64,000 nt of DNA from an uncultured bacterium (GTDB taxonomy: Bacteria; Patescibacteriota; Minisyncoccia; Phycocordibacterales; UBA6065), in contig CAWJEP010000005.1 of the NCBI GenBank assembly GCA_963841935.1, forward strand, positions 164,003 through 228,002. Reading direction: 5' to 3'. The number at the start of each line of letters is the position of its first letter. The stretch's first letter is position 1. The notes beneath the pieces were generated by a model that was given only the letters and a program-made list of their open reading frames with translations, had not been told where the DNA came from and searched no databases. A program made the position numbers and the translations under genes. Positions 1 through 9,385 of the stretch are shown one piece after another.

Positions 1-1047
1 GACACAATTCTCATCTCCATTCTCATCGTCATCGCCGCAGTAATTCTTTTTTTCCAGATAAAAAATCGCAAGCCGGAAAAAGAGGAGAAACCGGACAAAG
101 CTTTGGATTTGCTGCTTCAGCAGATGAACGAGCTTTCTCGCACCGTCGACCGCAAAATGGGCGAGACGACGAAATCGATGAGTGATTCCATTCATAAGCA
201 ATTTTCCGAATCGGCGAAACTCATCCGCGATGTCACCGAAGGCCTGACCAAGCTCGACGAGACGAACAAGCAGGTCGTGTCTTTCGCCGACCAGCTTCAA
301 TCTCTCCAAGATATTTTTTCCAATCCGAAACAGCGCGGGGTGGTGGGGGAATATTATCTCGAAACGCTTTTGAAAAATGTCTTGCCGCCGGGGAGTTTCG
401 AAATGCAATACGCTTTCAAAGACGGAACGATCGTTGACGCCATTGTCAGAGTCCAGAAAAAAATTATTCCTATTGACTCAAAGTTTTCTTTCGAGAATTA
501 TCAGCGGCTCGTCGAAGAAAGAAATCCGACGGAAAAAGAACGCTTGGAAAAAGATTTCGTCAACGACTTGAAAAACAGAATCGTGGAGACCTCGAAATAC
601 ATCAAGCCCGCCGAAGGCACGATGGATTTCGCTTTTATGTTCATTCCGCACGAGGCGATTTATTACGATTTGCTCACGAACAAAGTGGGCGCGCTCACTG
701 GAGAAAACGAGAACCTTATTCAGAGGGCCGCCGGAAAATACAAAGTCATAATTGTCTCGCCGACATCGTTCCTCGCTTATCTTCAGACGGTTCTCCAGGG
801 ACTTAAAGCCCTTCAAATCGAAGAATCGGCGAAAGAAATCCGCGGCAATGTGGAAACGCTTCAAAAACATTTAATGGGCTACGCCGAGTACCAAGAAAAA
901 CTCGGAAACGCTCTCGGCACGACGGTGAATCATTTCAATGCCTCAAGCAAGCAGTTCCGCCTTATAAACAAAGACGTCATAAAAATCACCGAGAAAGGCA
1001 AGGAATACGAGCCGGACCTCATCGAAAAACCGGAAACGGAGGAATAG
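1..1047 (+). CDS. rmuC: DNA recombination protein RmuC (5' partial; N-terminal TM helix runs off window start)
   Basis: Reading frame is open from nt 1. The hydrophobic N-terminus followed by a coiled-coil and a conserved C-terminal domain matches RmuC architecture. Confidence 0.7.
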   Translation, partial: DTILISILIVIAAVILFFQIKNRKPEKEEKPDKALDLLLQQMNELSRTVDRKMGETTKSMSDSIHKQFSESAKLIRDVTEGLTKLDETNKQVVSFADQLQSLQDIFSNPKQRGVVGEYYLETLLKNVLPPGSFEMQYAFKDGTIVDAIVRVQKKIIPIDSKFSFENYQRLVEERNPTEKERLEKDFVNDLKNRIVETSKYIKPAEGTMDFAFMFIPHEAIYYDLLTNKVGALTGENENLIQRAAGKYKVIIVSPTSFLAYLQTVLQGLKALQIEESAKEIRGNVETLQKHLMGYAEYQEKLGNALGTTVNHFNASSKQFRLINKDVIKITEKGKEYEPDLIEKPETEE

Positions 1048-1074
1048 TTGCGATTTTTTCGTATATGTGTAAAT

Positions 1075-1446
1075 ATGGCTATTCCTATGGCAACAAAGAA
1101 AACAACTAAAACCGCGACAAATCCGAACGAAATTGCCGTCATTATGACGGGAGGAAAGCAATACAAAGTTTCGCAGGGAAGCGTCCTTAAGATTGAAAAA
1201 ATTCTCGGCGACCACAAAGAAGGCGGCAAACTCGTATTTGACGAAGTTCTAATGACGGATGATGGCACAAAGACAACCGTCGGCACGCCGAAAGTCGCCG
1301 GAGCGAAAGTCGAAGGCGTCATAAAAGAAATCGGACGAAATGCCAAAGTCACGGTCATTCACTACAAGAACAAAAGCCGTTATTACAAGAAAGCCGGTCA
1401 CAGACAGCCATTTTTCAAAGTAGAAATCACCAACATCAAAGCATAA
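1075..1446 (+). CDS. rplU: 50S ribosomal protein L21 (bL21)
   Basis: The 'TGGKQYKVSQGSVLKIEKI' motif matches the bL21 family. Start chosen at the ATG at 1075 inside the longer TTG ORF. Confidence 0.85.
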   Translation: MAIPMATKKTTKTATNPNEIAVIMTGGKQYKVSQGSVLKIEKILGDHKEGGKLVFDEVLMTDDGTKTTVGTPKVAGAKVEGVIKEIGRNAKVTVIHYKNKSRYYKKAGHRQPFFKVEITNIKA

Positions 1447-1519
1447 GAAAAGCGGCGGGTATTTTCGAGCGCGTAAGTCGGAGCGAAGCGCACAAGCGAG
1501 AAAATACCCGCCGCTTTTC
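1447..1519. repeat. Palindromic repeat element copy A (19-bp perfect inverted arms flanking the conserved 35-nt core); also serves as the rplU terminator-like hairpin
   Basis: Arms gaaaagcggcgggtatttt / aaaatacccgccgcttttc flank the core cgagcgcgtaagtcggagcgaagcgcacaagcgag. The same core recurs at 8307, 31790, 46992 and (reverse complemented) 49872. Confidence 0.85.
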
Positions 1520-1579
1520 TATGGCGATTTTTGTTATTCACAGGCTATCAACATTGGCGATGGCTTATTAAGGTTTATA

Positions 1580-1837
1580 ATGGTTGCCATGCAAGGCAAT
1601 TTTCTCACTATCAAACGCGCGTCCGAACTCCTCGAGGTCACGCCGCTCACTCTTCGCAATTGGGACAAGAACGGCAAACTCTCGGCAAGGCGCCATCCGA
1701 TGAGCAATTATCGTATATACTTGAGAGAAGACATAGAAAAATTAATAAGCGAAATCACCGTGGGCTCAGCGGCTATAAAAGCCAAGCCAAGAAAATCTTT
1801 GAAGAGGAAACTCGTGGTGAGGAGCGTGAGCGATTAA
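1580..1837 (+). CDS. Small MerR-family-like HTH DNA-binding protein
   Basis: 'IKRASELLEVTPLTLRNWDKNGKL' is a MerR-type helix-turn-helix. The gene is 85 aa. Confidence 0.55.
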   Translation: MVAMQGNFLTIKRASELLEVTPLTLRNWDKNGKLSARRHPMSNYRIYLREDIEKLISEITVGSAAIKAKPRKSLKRKLVVRSVSD

Positions 1838-1857
1838 AAAAATAAAATCATTTCATT

Positions 1858-2850
1858 ATGAAGAAAATACGAGTGGCGATAAACGGTTTCGGCAGGATAG
1901 GCAGGGCATTTTACAAACTCGCAGTGGAGAGAAACGAAATCGAAGTTGTAGCAATAAACGATTTGGGCAATCGCGAGAATATGGAATATCTCTTGAAGTA
2001 CGACAGCGTCTACGGTCAAAGCGCCGTAACTCTCGAAGGCGTGGAATTTCTAAGCGAAAAAGACCCGACGCAATTGCCGTGGAAAAAATTCGACATTGAT
2101 GTCGTCGTCGAATCGACCGGACTTTTCGTCGATTACACCAAAGCCAAAGTCCATCTCGACGCCGGAGCCAAACGCGTCGTCATTACCGCGCCGGCAAAGG
2201 GCGGTATTGAAGGCAAAGACGGCGTGACGGTGCTTATGGGGCTCAATGAAGAGCGATTTAAGACTTGTCCCATAACCTCAAACGCTTCCTGCACGACAAA
2301 CGCCGGAAGCCCGCTTATGGCTATTCTCGATGAAACTATCGGCATAGAAAAAGCCGTCCTCAATACCGTCCACGCCTACACCGCGAGTCAGGCGATAGTT
2401 GACGGACCGGCGAAGAAAGATTTACGCGAGGGCAGGGCGGCGGCGCAAAACATCGTCCCGTCTTCGACCGGCGCGGCCATTGCCGTGACAAAAGCCTTGC
2501 CCCAACTAGAAAATAAATTCGATGGAATATCCATCCGCGTGCCGGTCGTCGTCGGTTCGATTGTCGACATCACATTCATCGCCAAAAGAAACACCACGAA
2601 AGAAGAAGTGAATTCCATTTTGAAAAAAGCCGCGGCAGACGCACGCTGGCAAAATATTTTCACCGTGTCGGAAGAACCACTCGTATCGTCGGATATCAAA
2701 GGTAATCCTCACGCATCCATCGCCGATCTCGAGATGACTCGCGTCGTCGGCGGAAACCTGGTGAAAGTTCTCGGCTGGTACGACAACGAAATGGGATATA
2801 CTCACACTCTAGTCGACCATGTTATCGAAGCGGGAAGTCTCGTAAAATAA
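1858..2850 (+). CDS. gap: Glyceraldehyde-3-phosphate dehydrogenase, type I
   Basis: N-terminal NAD-binding 'INGFGRIGR' and catalytic 'SNASCTTN' motifs are present. Confidence 0.92.
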   Translation: MKKIRVAINGFGRIGRAFYKLAVERNEIEVVAINDLGNRENMEYLLKYDSVYGQSAVTLEGVEFLSEKDPTQLPWKKFDIDVVVESTGLFVDYTKAKVHLDAGAKRVVITAPAKGGIEGKDGVTVLMGLNEERFKTCPITSNASCTTNAGSPLMAILDETIGIEKAVLNTVHAYTASQAIVDGPAKKDLREGRAAAQNIVPSSTGAAIAVTKALPQLENKFDGISIRVPVVVGSIVDITFIAKRNTTKEEVNSILKKAAADARWQNIFTVSEEPLVSSDIKGNPHASIADLEMTRVVGGNLVKVLGWYDNEMGYTHTLVDHVIEAGSLVK

Positions 2851-2851
2851 A

Positions 2852-3304
2852 ATGAAGATCTTTATCGGAAGCGACCACGCGGGATTTGAACTTAAGAAAA
2901 CTTTGCTTGAGTATTTAAACGACCTCGGACACGATGTAAGCGACATGGGGGCGAAGAAACTTGACCCTCTCGACGATTATCCGGATTTTATAATTCCGGT
3001 CGCAAAAGAAGTCTCCCACGCGCCAGACAAATTCCGCGGCATCGTCATCGGCGGCTCGGGACAAGGCGAAGCGATGTGCGCCAACAAGGTCTACGGCGTG
3101 CGCGCGGCGGTCTATTACGGAGGGAACTCCGACATCGTGAAGCTATCGCGCGAGCACAATGACGCAAATGTTTTGTCGCTTGGCGCGCGCTTCGTCGGCC
3201 CCGACGAAGCGCGCGCCGCCGTTCGGCTCTGGCTCGATACACCTTTTTCCGGCGACGAGCGACACAAACGGCGAATTTTGAAAATGTATTCGATAAAAAA
3301 ATAA
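2852..3304 (+). CDS. rpiB: Ribose-5-phosphate isomerase B (RpiB/LacAB family)
   Basis: '[15 protein letters not shown]' N-terminus; 150 aa. Confidence 0.85.
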   Translation: MKIFIGSDHAGFELKKTLLEYLNDLGHDVSDMGAKKLDPLDDYPDFIIPVAKEVSHAPDKFRGIVIGGSGQGEAMCANKVYGVRAAVYYGGNSDIVKLSREHNDANVLSLGARFVGPDEARAAVRLWLDTPFSGDERHKRRILKMYSIKK

Positions 3305-4017
3305 TGGCCGAAATAATCCCCGCGATTTTGGCGAAAAATTTCGACGAGTTAGACGAATCTCTTTCCTTGATTCGCGGCGTCGCTACTGAAGTCCAAATAG
3401 ATATTTGCGACGGGAGTTTCGTGTCTTCGAAAAGCTGGCCTTTTAACGCTCCTCTAGGCAAAACCGACGAAAATTTCGAGGCCATTGTTTCTCAAGAAGA
3501 AGGAATGCCTTTCTGGCAGGATTTCGATTTTGAGTTCGACATGATGGTCAAAAATCCGCTTCAGAAAATCGCGGATTTCATAGCGCTCGGCGGCGGAAAA
3601 ATCATCGTTCATCTCGACAGTGCCGACGATTCGGAAATTAAAAAAATTTTGGATGAATACGGTGGCGATGACATAAAAGAGTTTGGCGTCGAGATAGGGC
3701 TCGGCGTTAGCGCTACCACCGATATGAAGAGAGCGGAGAAATTTATTCCGCAAGCGGCTTTTGTCCAGTGTATGGGTATAAAGAAAATCGGATTTCAAGG
3801 ACAGAAATTCGACGAGAGCGTCATAGAAAGAGTAAAAACTTTGCGGCAGAAATTTCCGGAACTTATAATATCCGTTGACGGGGGAGTAAATGAAAACAAT
3901 ATCCGCGCGCTCATCGACGCCGGGGCGAATAATTTAATCGTCGGGTCGGCGATTTGGGAATCGGAAACTCCGGGAGAAACGATAAAACATTTTCAAAAAT
4001 TGGCCCGCTTCCGCTAA
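3304..4017 (+). CDS. rpe: Ribulose-phosphate 3-epimerase-like TIM-barrel protein
   Basis: 'IIPAILAKNFDEL...DICDGSFV...VDGGVN' has the pattern of the RPE family. It sits between rpiB and the transketolase genes. Confidence 0.65.
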   Translation: MAEIIPAILAKNFDELDESLSLIRGVATEVQIDICDGSFVSSKSWPFNAPLGKTDENFEAIVSQEEGMPFWQDFDFEFDMMVKNPLQKIADFIALGGGKIIVHLDSADDSEIKKILDEYGGDDIKEFGVEIGLGVSATTDMKRAEKFIPQAAFVQCMGIKKIGFQGQKFDESVIERVKTLRQKFPELIISVDGGVNENNIRALIDAGANNLIVGSAIWESETPGETIKHFQKLARFR

Positions 4018-4043
4018 AGCTACAACGAGGTAAACAAAATAAA

Positions 4044-4910
4044 ATGAATCTCACGCCGCAAAAAATAAAAGAGCTCGAAGAAAAAGCCAACACCATTCGC
4101 GAATCCATAATCGACATGCTTGTTACGGCCGGCTCCGGCCACACGGCTGGACCTCTCGGCATGGCGGATATTTTCACCGTACTTTATTTTCACACGCTAA
4201 AGCACGACCCGAAAAATACGAAATGGCCCGAGCGCGACCGCCTTGTGCTTTCAAACGGTCACATCTGTCCGGTACTTTACGCCACGATGGCGCACGCGGG
4301 ATATTTTCCTGTTGAAGAATTGGAGACACTCCGCAAATTCGGCTCCCGGCTCCAAGGCCATCCGGAACGCGAATTTTTGCCGATGCTTGAGACAAGTTCA
4401 GGGCCTCTCGGCGAAGGACTTTCGCAAGCCGTCGGTATGGCGATTGCGGACAGGATGGACAATGGGGTCTCGTCCTCAAGACGAATTTATTGTCTGACTT
4501 CCGACGGCGAGCACGACGAAGGCAATACTTGGGAAGCGGTGATGCTCGCGGGAAAAGAAAAGTTGCACAATCTCGTCGCAGTGATGGATAGAAACAACAT
4601 CCAAATAGACGGCTTCACCGAAAACATAATGCCTCTCGATCCGGTCGCCGACAAATACCGCGCTTTCAATTGGCATGTCATAGAAATTGACGGGCACAAT
4701 ATGGAGGAGATAGCGAGCGCTTTCGAAGAAGCGCGAGCGATTTTCGAAAAGCCAACAATGATTATCGCCCACACTATTCCGGGCAAGGGCGTGAAAGAAT
4801 TCGAAAATAAATTCGAATGGCATGGCAAACCGCCGAATCGCGAGGAAGCAAATATGGCCTTGCGCGAGCTTCGCACCCTCGGCGGTAAAATAAAAAGCGA
4901 ACACGAATAA
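4044..4910 (+). CDS. Transketolase, N-terminal (thiamine-diphosphate-binding) subunit
   Basis: 'GSGHTAGPLGMADI' and 'CLTSDGEHDEGNTWEA' match transketolase. This is a split-transketolase arrangement. Confidence 0.85.
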   Translation: MNLTPQKIKELEEKANTIRESIIDMLVTAGSGHTAGPLGMADIFTVLYFHTLKHDPKNTKWPERDRLVLSNGHICPVLYATMAHAGYFPVEELETLRKFGSRLQGHPEREFLPMLETSSGPLGEGLSQAVGMAIADRMDNGVSSSRRIYCLTSDGEHDEGNTWEAVMLAGKEKLHNLVAVMDRNNIQIDGFTENIMPLDPVADKYRAFNWHVIEIDGHNMEEIASAFEEARAIFEKPTMIIAHTIPGKGVKEFENKFEWHGKPPNREEANMALRELRTLGGKIKSEHE

Positions 4911-4911
4911 A

Positions 4912-5910
4912 ATGCTTAATCCTTCACAAAAACTCAATACGAAAATGTTTGACGCTGATGTCGAGCAAATGCCGATACGAAAAGGTTTCGGAGAAGGACT
5001 CGTCGTCGCCAGCGAAGAAAACAAAAATGTCGTTGGGCTTTGCGCCGACCTGACCGAGTCCACGCAGATGTATCTTTTCAAAAATAAATTCCCTGAAAGA
5101 TTCGTCGAGGTCGGCGTCGCCGAACAAAACCTTGCCACAGTCGCGTCAGGCATGGCGGCGATGGGCAAGATTCCTTTCATAAGTTCTTACGGTACTTTTT
5201 CTCCCGGAAGAAATTGGGAACAAATCAGGACGACTATTTGTTTCAACAATCAGCCGGTCAAAATTGCCGGCAACCACACCGGCGTCTCCGTCGGTCCCGA
5301 CGGCGGCACGCATCAGGCGATTGAGGACATCGCCATCGCCCGCGTTTTGCCTCGTATGGTAGTAATTTCGCCTTGCGACGCTCTGGAAGCCAAGAAAGCC
5401 ACTATTGCCGCGGCAAAGACCAACACGCCCGTATACATTCGTCTCGCGCGCGAGAAAACCCCCGTGATGACGACAGACGCGACGCCGTTTGAAATAGGCA
5501 AAGCGCAAGTTTTCTACGACCCGCCGGCGGGGAAGCCGGATGTCGCGATAATCGCCACAGGTGCACTTCTCTATAAAGCCCTCGTCGTTGCGCGCGAATT
5601 TCAAAAAGAAAATATCGGCGTCCGCGTCATAAATCTTTCGACAATCAAACCGCTCGATGAAAAAACGATTTTAAGAGCGGCAAAAGACGCGAAAGCAATA
5701 GTTACCGTCGAAGAACATCAAATCGCCGGCGGTATGGGAAGCGCCGTCGCGGAGTTTCTCTCGGCAGTCTATCCTGTGCCGATGGAACGCATCGGCGTCA
5801 AAGACCAATTCGGCCAAAGCGGCACGCCGGAAGAACTCATCGAACATTACGGTATGGGTGTCACGCACATCAAAGAAGCGGTAAAGAAAGTTTTGAAGAG
5901 AAAAATCTAA
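4912..5910 (+). CDS. Transketolase, C-terminal (pyrimidine-binding/C-terminal domain) subunit
   Basis: 'FVEVGVAEQNLATVASGMA' transketolase pyrimidine-domain motif. The gene follows the N-terminal subunit directly. Confidence 0.85.
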   Translation: MLNPSQKLNTKMFDADVEQMPIRKGFGEGLVVASEENKNVVGLCADLTESTQMYLFKNKFPERFVEVGVAEQNLATVASGMAAMGKIPFISSYGTFSPGRNWEQIRTTICFNNQPVKIAGNHTGVSVGPDGGTHQAIEDIAIARVLPRMVVISPCDALEAKKATIAAAKTNTPVYIRLAREKTPVMTTDATPFEIGKAQVFYDPPAGKPDVAIIATGALLYKALVVAREFQKENIGVRVINLSTIKPLDEKTILRAAKDAKAIVTVEEHQIAGGMGSAVAEFLSAVYPVPMERIGVKDQFGQSGTPEELIEHYGMGVTHIKEAVKKVLKRKI

Positions 5911-6533
5911 GGAAGCGGTTCTTGTTTGCGGCCCGAGAGAGCGTCGGAAAGAGTTTCGCGGTCGATGTATTCGATTTCAGCGCCGGTAGAGAGTCCGCGA
6001 CCGAGAACGGAAACTTTTATTTCGTGTTTTTTGACCGACTCGCGGATTGCGTCTTCGATTGTGGCTCGTGTGTTATCGCCTTCGGGATTGAGGCTCGTGG
6101 CGATAATAATTTCTTTCAAATCCTTTCTGTCTTTATTTATGCGAGAAACCAATTCTTTCGTACGAAGCGGGCTTTGTTTTTTTGCGGAGAAAGCCGACGT
6201 GCCGCCGAGAATAAAATACAAACCTTTGTAGAGATTGGTATTTTCGATACTTTCAAAATCCACATCGCGCGGCAAAACCATCAGTAGGGAATGGTCGCGG
6301 CCGCCATCGGCGCAAATGCCGCAGGCATTTGCGCCGCCTTTGGCTTCAAAAAACCGAAAGCACACGGAGCATTGCCTGACATTTTCGTCCATAAACTCTA
6401 TTTCTTTGACGAAATCTTCGCGGAAAGTTTTGTTTTTATGCAAAAGAAAATAAACGAAGCGTTCGGCTTGGCGCGGGCCGATACCGGGAAATTCGCGGAA
6501 TATTTCTTTGAGCTTTTCGAGCGAGTCAGCCAT
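5907..6533 (-). CDS. recR: Recombination protein RecR
   Basis: The C4 zinc finger 'CSVCFRFFEAKGGANACGIC' and a Toprim domain match RecR. Start is the ATG at 6533 (MADSLEK). Confidence 0.85.
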   Translation of the reverse strand: MADSLEKLKEIFREFPGIGPRQAERFVYFLLHKNKTFREDFVKEIEFMDENVRQCSVCFRFFEAKGGANACGICADGGRDHSLLMVLPRDVDFESIENTNLYKGLYFILGGTSAFSAKKQSPLRTKELVSRINKDRKDLKEIIIATSLNPEGDNTRATIEDAIRESVKKHEIKVSVLGRGLSTGAEIEYIDRETLSDALSGRKQEPLP

Positions 6534-6534
6534 A

Positions 6535-7913
6535 TTAATTTTCCGCTTGCGCGAATTCTCCGAAATCGGCTTTCTCAATCGGCACGAAAGATGACTTGTC
6601 CTTATCGAAAGAGAGCTGAATCCTGCCGGTCGGGCCGTTCCTGTGTTTCTCAACGAGGATTTCGGTGGTGATGAAACTTTTTTCCCTGTTTTCTTCGCTG
6701 TATTTGTCTTCCTGATGAATAAACATCACGATGTCCGCGTCTTGCTCGATTGAGCCAGAGTCGCGCAAGTCGGAGAGGCGAGGGCGACCGCCGCGGCTTT
6801 CCACGGCGCGGGAAAGCTCGAGAGCGCGAGCACTGGGATATCGAATTCTTTCGCCATTTGTTTGAGCGAGCGGGAAATTTCGGTGATTTGCTGGACCAAG
6901 TTGTCGTTTTTGATGTTCGTCGGCATCATAAGCTGGAGATAGTCGACGATGACGAGGCCGAGCTTGCCTTCACGCTGTAGGCGACGAGCGACGGCGCGCA
7001 TTTTGACGATGCTGTTACTGCTTTGGTCGTCGATGTAAATCGGAGCGGTGGAAAGAGCCGCCAAGCCGTCACGAACAATGCTTAAATCTTTATCGATGTT
7101 TAATTTTCCGGTACGAAGTTTGAAAGCGTTGACGCGCGCTTCGGCGGCGAGCATCCTGTCGACAAGCTGAGGCACGGCCATTTCAAGAGAGAAAATACAA
7201 ACCGGAATCTTGCCGCGCACAGCGACATTTCTCGCGATATCGAGAGCGAGGGATGTTTTACCCATCGAGGGGCGAGCGGCAAGAATAATGAGGTCGGAAG
7301 GCTGAAGGCCGGAGAGGAGGTTGTCTATGTCTCTAAATCCTGTCGGGATGCCGCGCAGAGCGCCTTCGTTGTTGTGAATGTGGTCGAGGCGCTCCCAAGC
7401 TTCGTCAAGAGCGTCTTTGAGATTTATGATCCTGTTTTGCGGCACCATTGCCGAGACGTCGTGAATGATTTTGTTGGCCGCGTCCACTATTTCGTCCACG
7501 TTGCTATCTTCGTCCACGCCGACGTCTTTTATCATTTCTCCGGCTTCTATCATTCGCCTCATCAAAGCTTTCTTGTGGACGATGTCGGCGTAATTTTTTA
7601 TGTTCGAAGTGGACGGCACAGCGGAGACGAGCTCGCCGAGATACGCCGAACCGCCGACGGATTCGAGTTGGCCTTTTTCCGAAAGAAGGTTTGAAAGAGA
7701 GAGTAAATCTATCGGCTCGTTTTTGTTCGAGAGTTCGAAAATAGAATCCCAAATCGTCTTGTGTTTGTTCGAATAGAAAACGTCACCCGTGACAATGTCC
7801 ACGACATCGTGAATAGTGTCGGGTTTGATGATGATAGCGCCAAGCAAAGCGCGCTCGGCTTCGAGAGATTGCGGCGGTGCTTTGAGCAATGCGTCTTTGC
7901 TACGGTCTGCCAT
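6535..7913 (-). CDS. dnaB: Replicative DNA helicase DnaB, interrupted by an apparent 1-nt frameshift near 6810-6818
   Basis: The N-terminal domain and Walker A/B lie in ORF 6726-7913. The C-terminus ('SRGGRPRLSDLRDSGSIEQDADIV') continues in another frame in ORF 6535-6804. The expected 'ALSxLSRAVE' junction is missing one nucleotide. Confidence 0.8.
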
Positions 7914-7983
7914 ACATTCATTCTACGCATCTATCTTTGTCGCGCAAAGCCAAAATCTCACAAAAAAGTGAATATGGTGGGGA

Positions 7984-9384
7984 TTAAGATTTTGCTCTGA
8001 CGGATGAGTCTTTTTCCGAATCCAAGACTTCATAGCCGAGTTTTTCGATTTGAATACGGATTTCGTCGGATTTGGCGAAGTCTTTGGCCGCGCGCGCTTT
8101 AGCGCGCGCGGCGAGAAGCTCCGATATTTCTTTCGGAATTTCCGCTTGAGGCGCGAAAAGTTCCAATCCCAATATTTCGTCGGCTGATTTTATGAAAGCA
8201 AGTTTTTCTTTTGCGTCAGCGTCGCTCTCCAACATATTCCAAACCTCAGCGAGAAGTTTCGGCGTATCTAAATCATCCGCGGCGAAGGAAATCGCCAATG
8301 GCGCGCGCGTAGTCTTAGCGGAGTCCTCGGAGCGCACAAGCGCGCCATTGGCGATTTCCGCAGCCTTCGCCTTTAATCTTTTGAACGCATTCGCCGCATT
8401 GTCGAGAGCTTCGAAACTAAAATTGAGCGGCGCGGAATACCTCGCGGTCAAAAGAAAATATCGGTAGGCGAGAGGAGAGTAGCCTTTTTCGACAAGCGTT
8501 GAAAGCGTCAGGAAATTGCCGGCGGATTTCGCCATTTTTCCGCTGTCGATGGTGACGAATGCGTTGTGGATCCAGTAATGTGCGAATTTTTTTCCCGTGG
8601 CGTGTTCCGATTGGGCGATTTCGTTGTTGTGATGGACGGGAATATGGTCGATGCCTCCGGTGTGAATGTCGAAAGTCTCGCCGAGAAATTTCATCGACAT
8701 CGCCGAACATTCTATGTGCCAGCCCGGGTAGCCGAGGCCGAGAGGACTTTTGAAACCCATATGGCCGTCTTTGGAAAATTTCCACAAGGCGAAATCGCGT
8801 GGATTTTTCTTTCCGCCGTCAGCCATTCGCGTCTGACTTTCGCCCAAAGGCGTCAGTCCGCCGAGCCTGCCGTAATCGGAAATTTTTGAAGTGTCAAAAT
8901 ATATTCCGTCGTCCGCGCGGTAAGTCAGACCTTTTTTATCCAACTCTTTGATAAGTTTTAGGTCGGCTTTTAGATAACGGCTCGCGCGCGGGAACTTCGT
9001 GCCTTTGGTTTCGATATTCAAAAGTTTCAAATCATTTTTGAAAGCCGATTCGTATTTGTCGGCAAGTTTCTTTAGTCCATCGAGCGTCATCGGCAAATTT
9101 TCGCGTTTGAGACCTTTGACCATTTTGTCGTCGCCCGAATCGGCGTCGGACGATAGGTGTCCGATGTCGGTAATGTTTATGACTTGTTTTATTTTGTATC
9201 CCGCCGCTTCAAATGTCCGACGCAAAGTATCGGCAAAGACATACGAACGCAAGTTTCCGATATGAGCGAAATCATAGACGGTTGGGCCGCAGTGATACAT
9301 TCCGACCTTGCCATTTTTTATCGGGACGAAAACATCTTTCTTTCCCGAAAGGGAATTTTCCAGTTTTATTTCCTGATATTTCAT
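7984..9384 (-). CDS. cysS: Cysteinyl-tRNA synthetase (carries an in-frame palindromic-element insertion)
   Basis: HIGH-region 'CGPTVYDFAHIGN' and 'KMAKSAGN' motifs. The ORF runs continuously through the repeat copy at 8291-8356. Confidence 0.9.
   Translation of the reverse strand: MKYQEIKLENSLSGKKDVFVPIKNGKVGMYHCGPTVYDFAHIGNLRSYVFADTLRRTFEAAGYKIKQVINITDIGHLSSDADSGDDKMVKGLKRENLPMTLDGLKKLADKYESAFKNDLKLLNIETKGTKFPRASRYLKADLKLIKELDKKGLTYRADDGIYFDTSKISDYGRLGGLTPLGESQTRMADGGKKNPRDFALWKFSKDGHMGFKSPLGLGYPGWHIECSAMSMKFLGETFDIHTGGIDHIPVHHNNEIAQSEHATGKKFAHYWIHNAFVTIDSGKMAKSAGNFLTLSTLVEKGYSPLAYRYFLLTARYSAPLNFSFEALDNAANAFKRLKAKAAEIANGALVRSEDSAKTTRAPLAISFAADDLDTPKLLAEVWNMLESDADAKEKLAFIKSADEILGLELFAPQAEIPKEISELLAARAKARAAKDFAKSDEIRIQIEKLGYEVLDSEKDSSVRAKS
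8291..8356. repeat. Palindromic repeat element copy B, inserted in frame within cysS (16-bp perfect inverted arms atcgccaatggcgcgc/gcgcgccattggcgat)
   Basis: Core gcgtagtcttagcggagtcctcggagcgcacaagc belongs to the same family as 1466-1500. It translates as ...EIANGALVRSEDSAKTTRAPLAIS... in CysRS. Confidence 0.8.
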
Positions 9385-9385
9385 A

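Noticed and set aside
377-1358. Several internal or antisense ORFs inside rmuC and rplU (377-571, 478-870, 930-1358, 943-1215)
   Set aside because: They are fully contained within, or antisense to, well-supported genes, and have no motifs.
1531-1845. 104-aa ORF overlapping the MerR-like gene in another frame
   Set aside because: The basic Arg-rich translation has no motifs. The overlapping 85-aa frame has a clear HTH.
6535-7913. Intein or programmed frameshift in dnaB
   Set aside because: The two frames abut directly with no extra sequence, so there is no room for an intein. There is no slippery heptamer or stimulatory structure. A 1-nt indel explains it.
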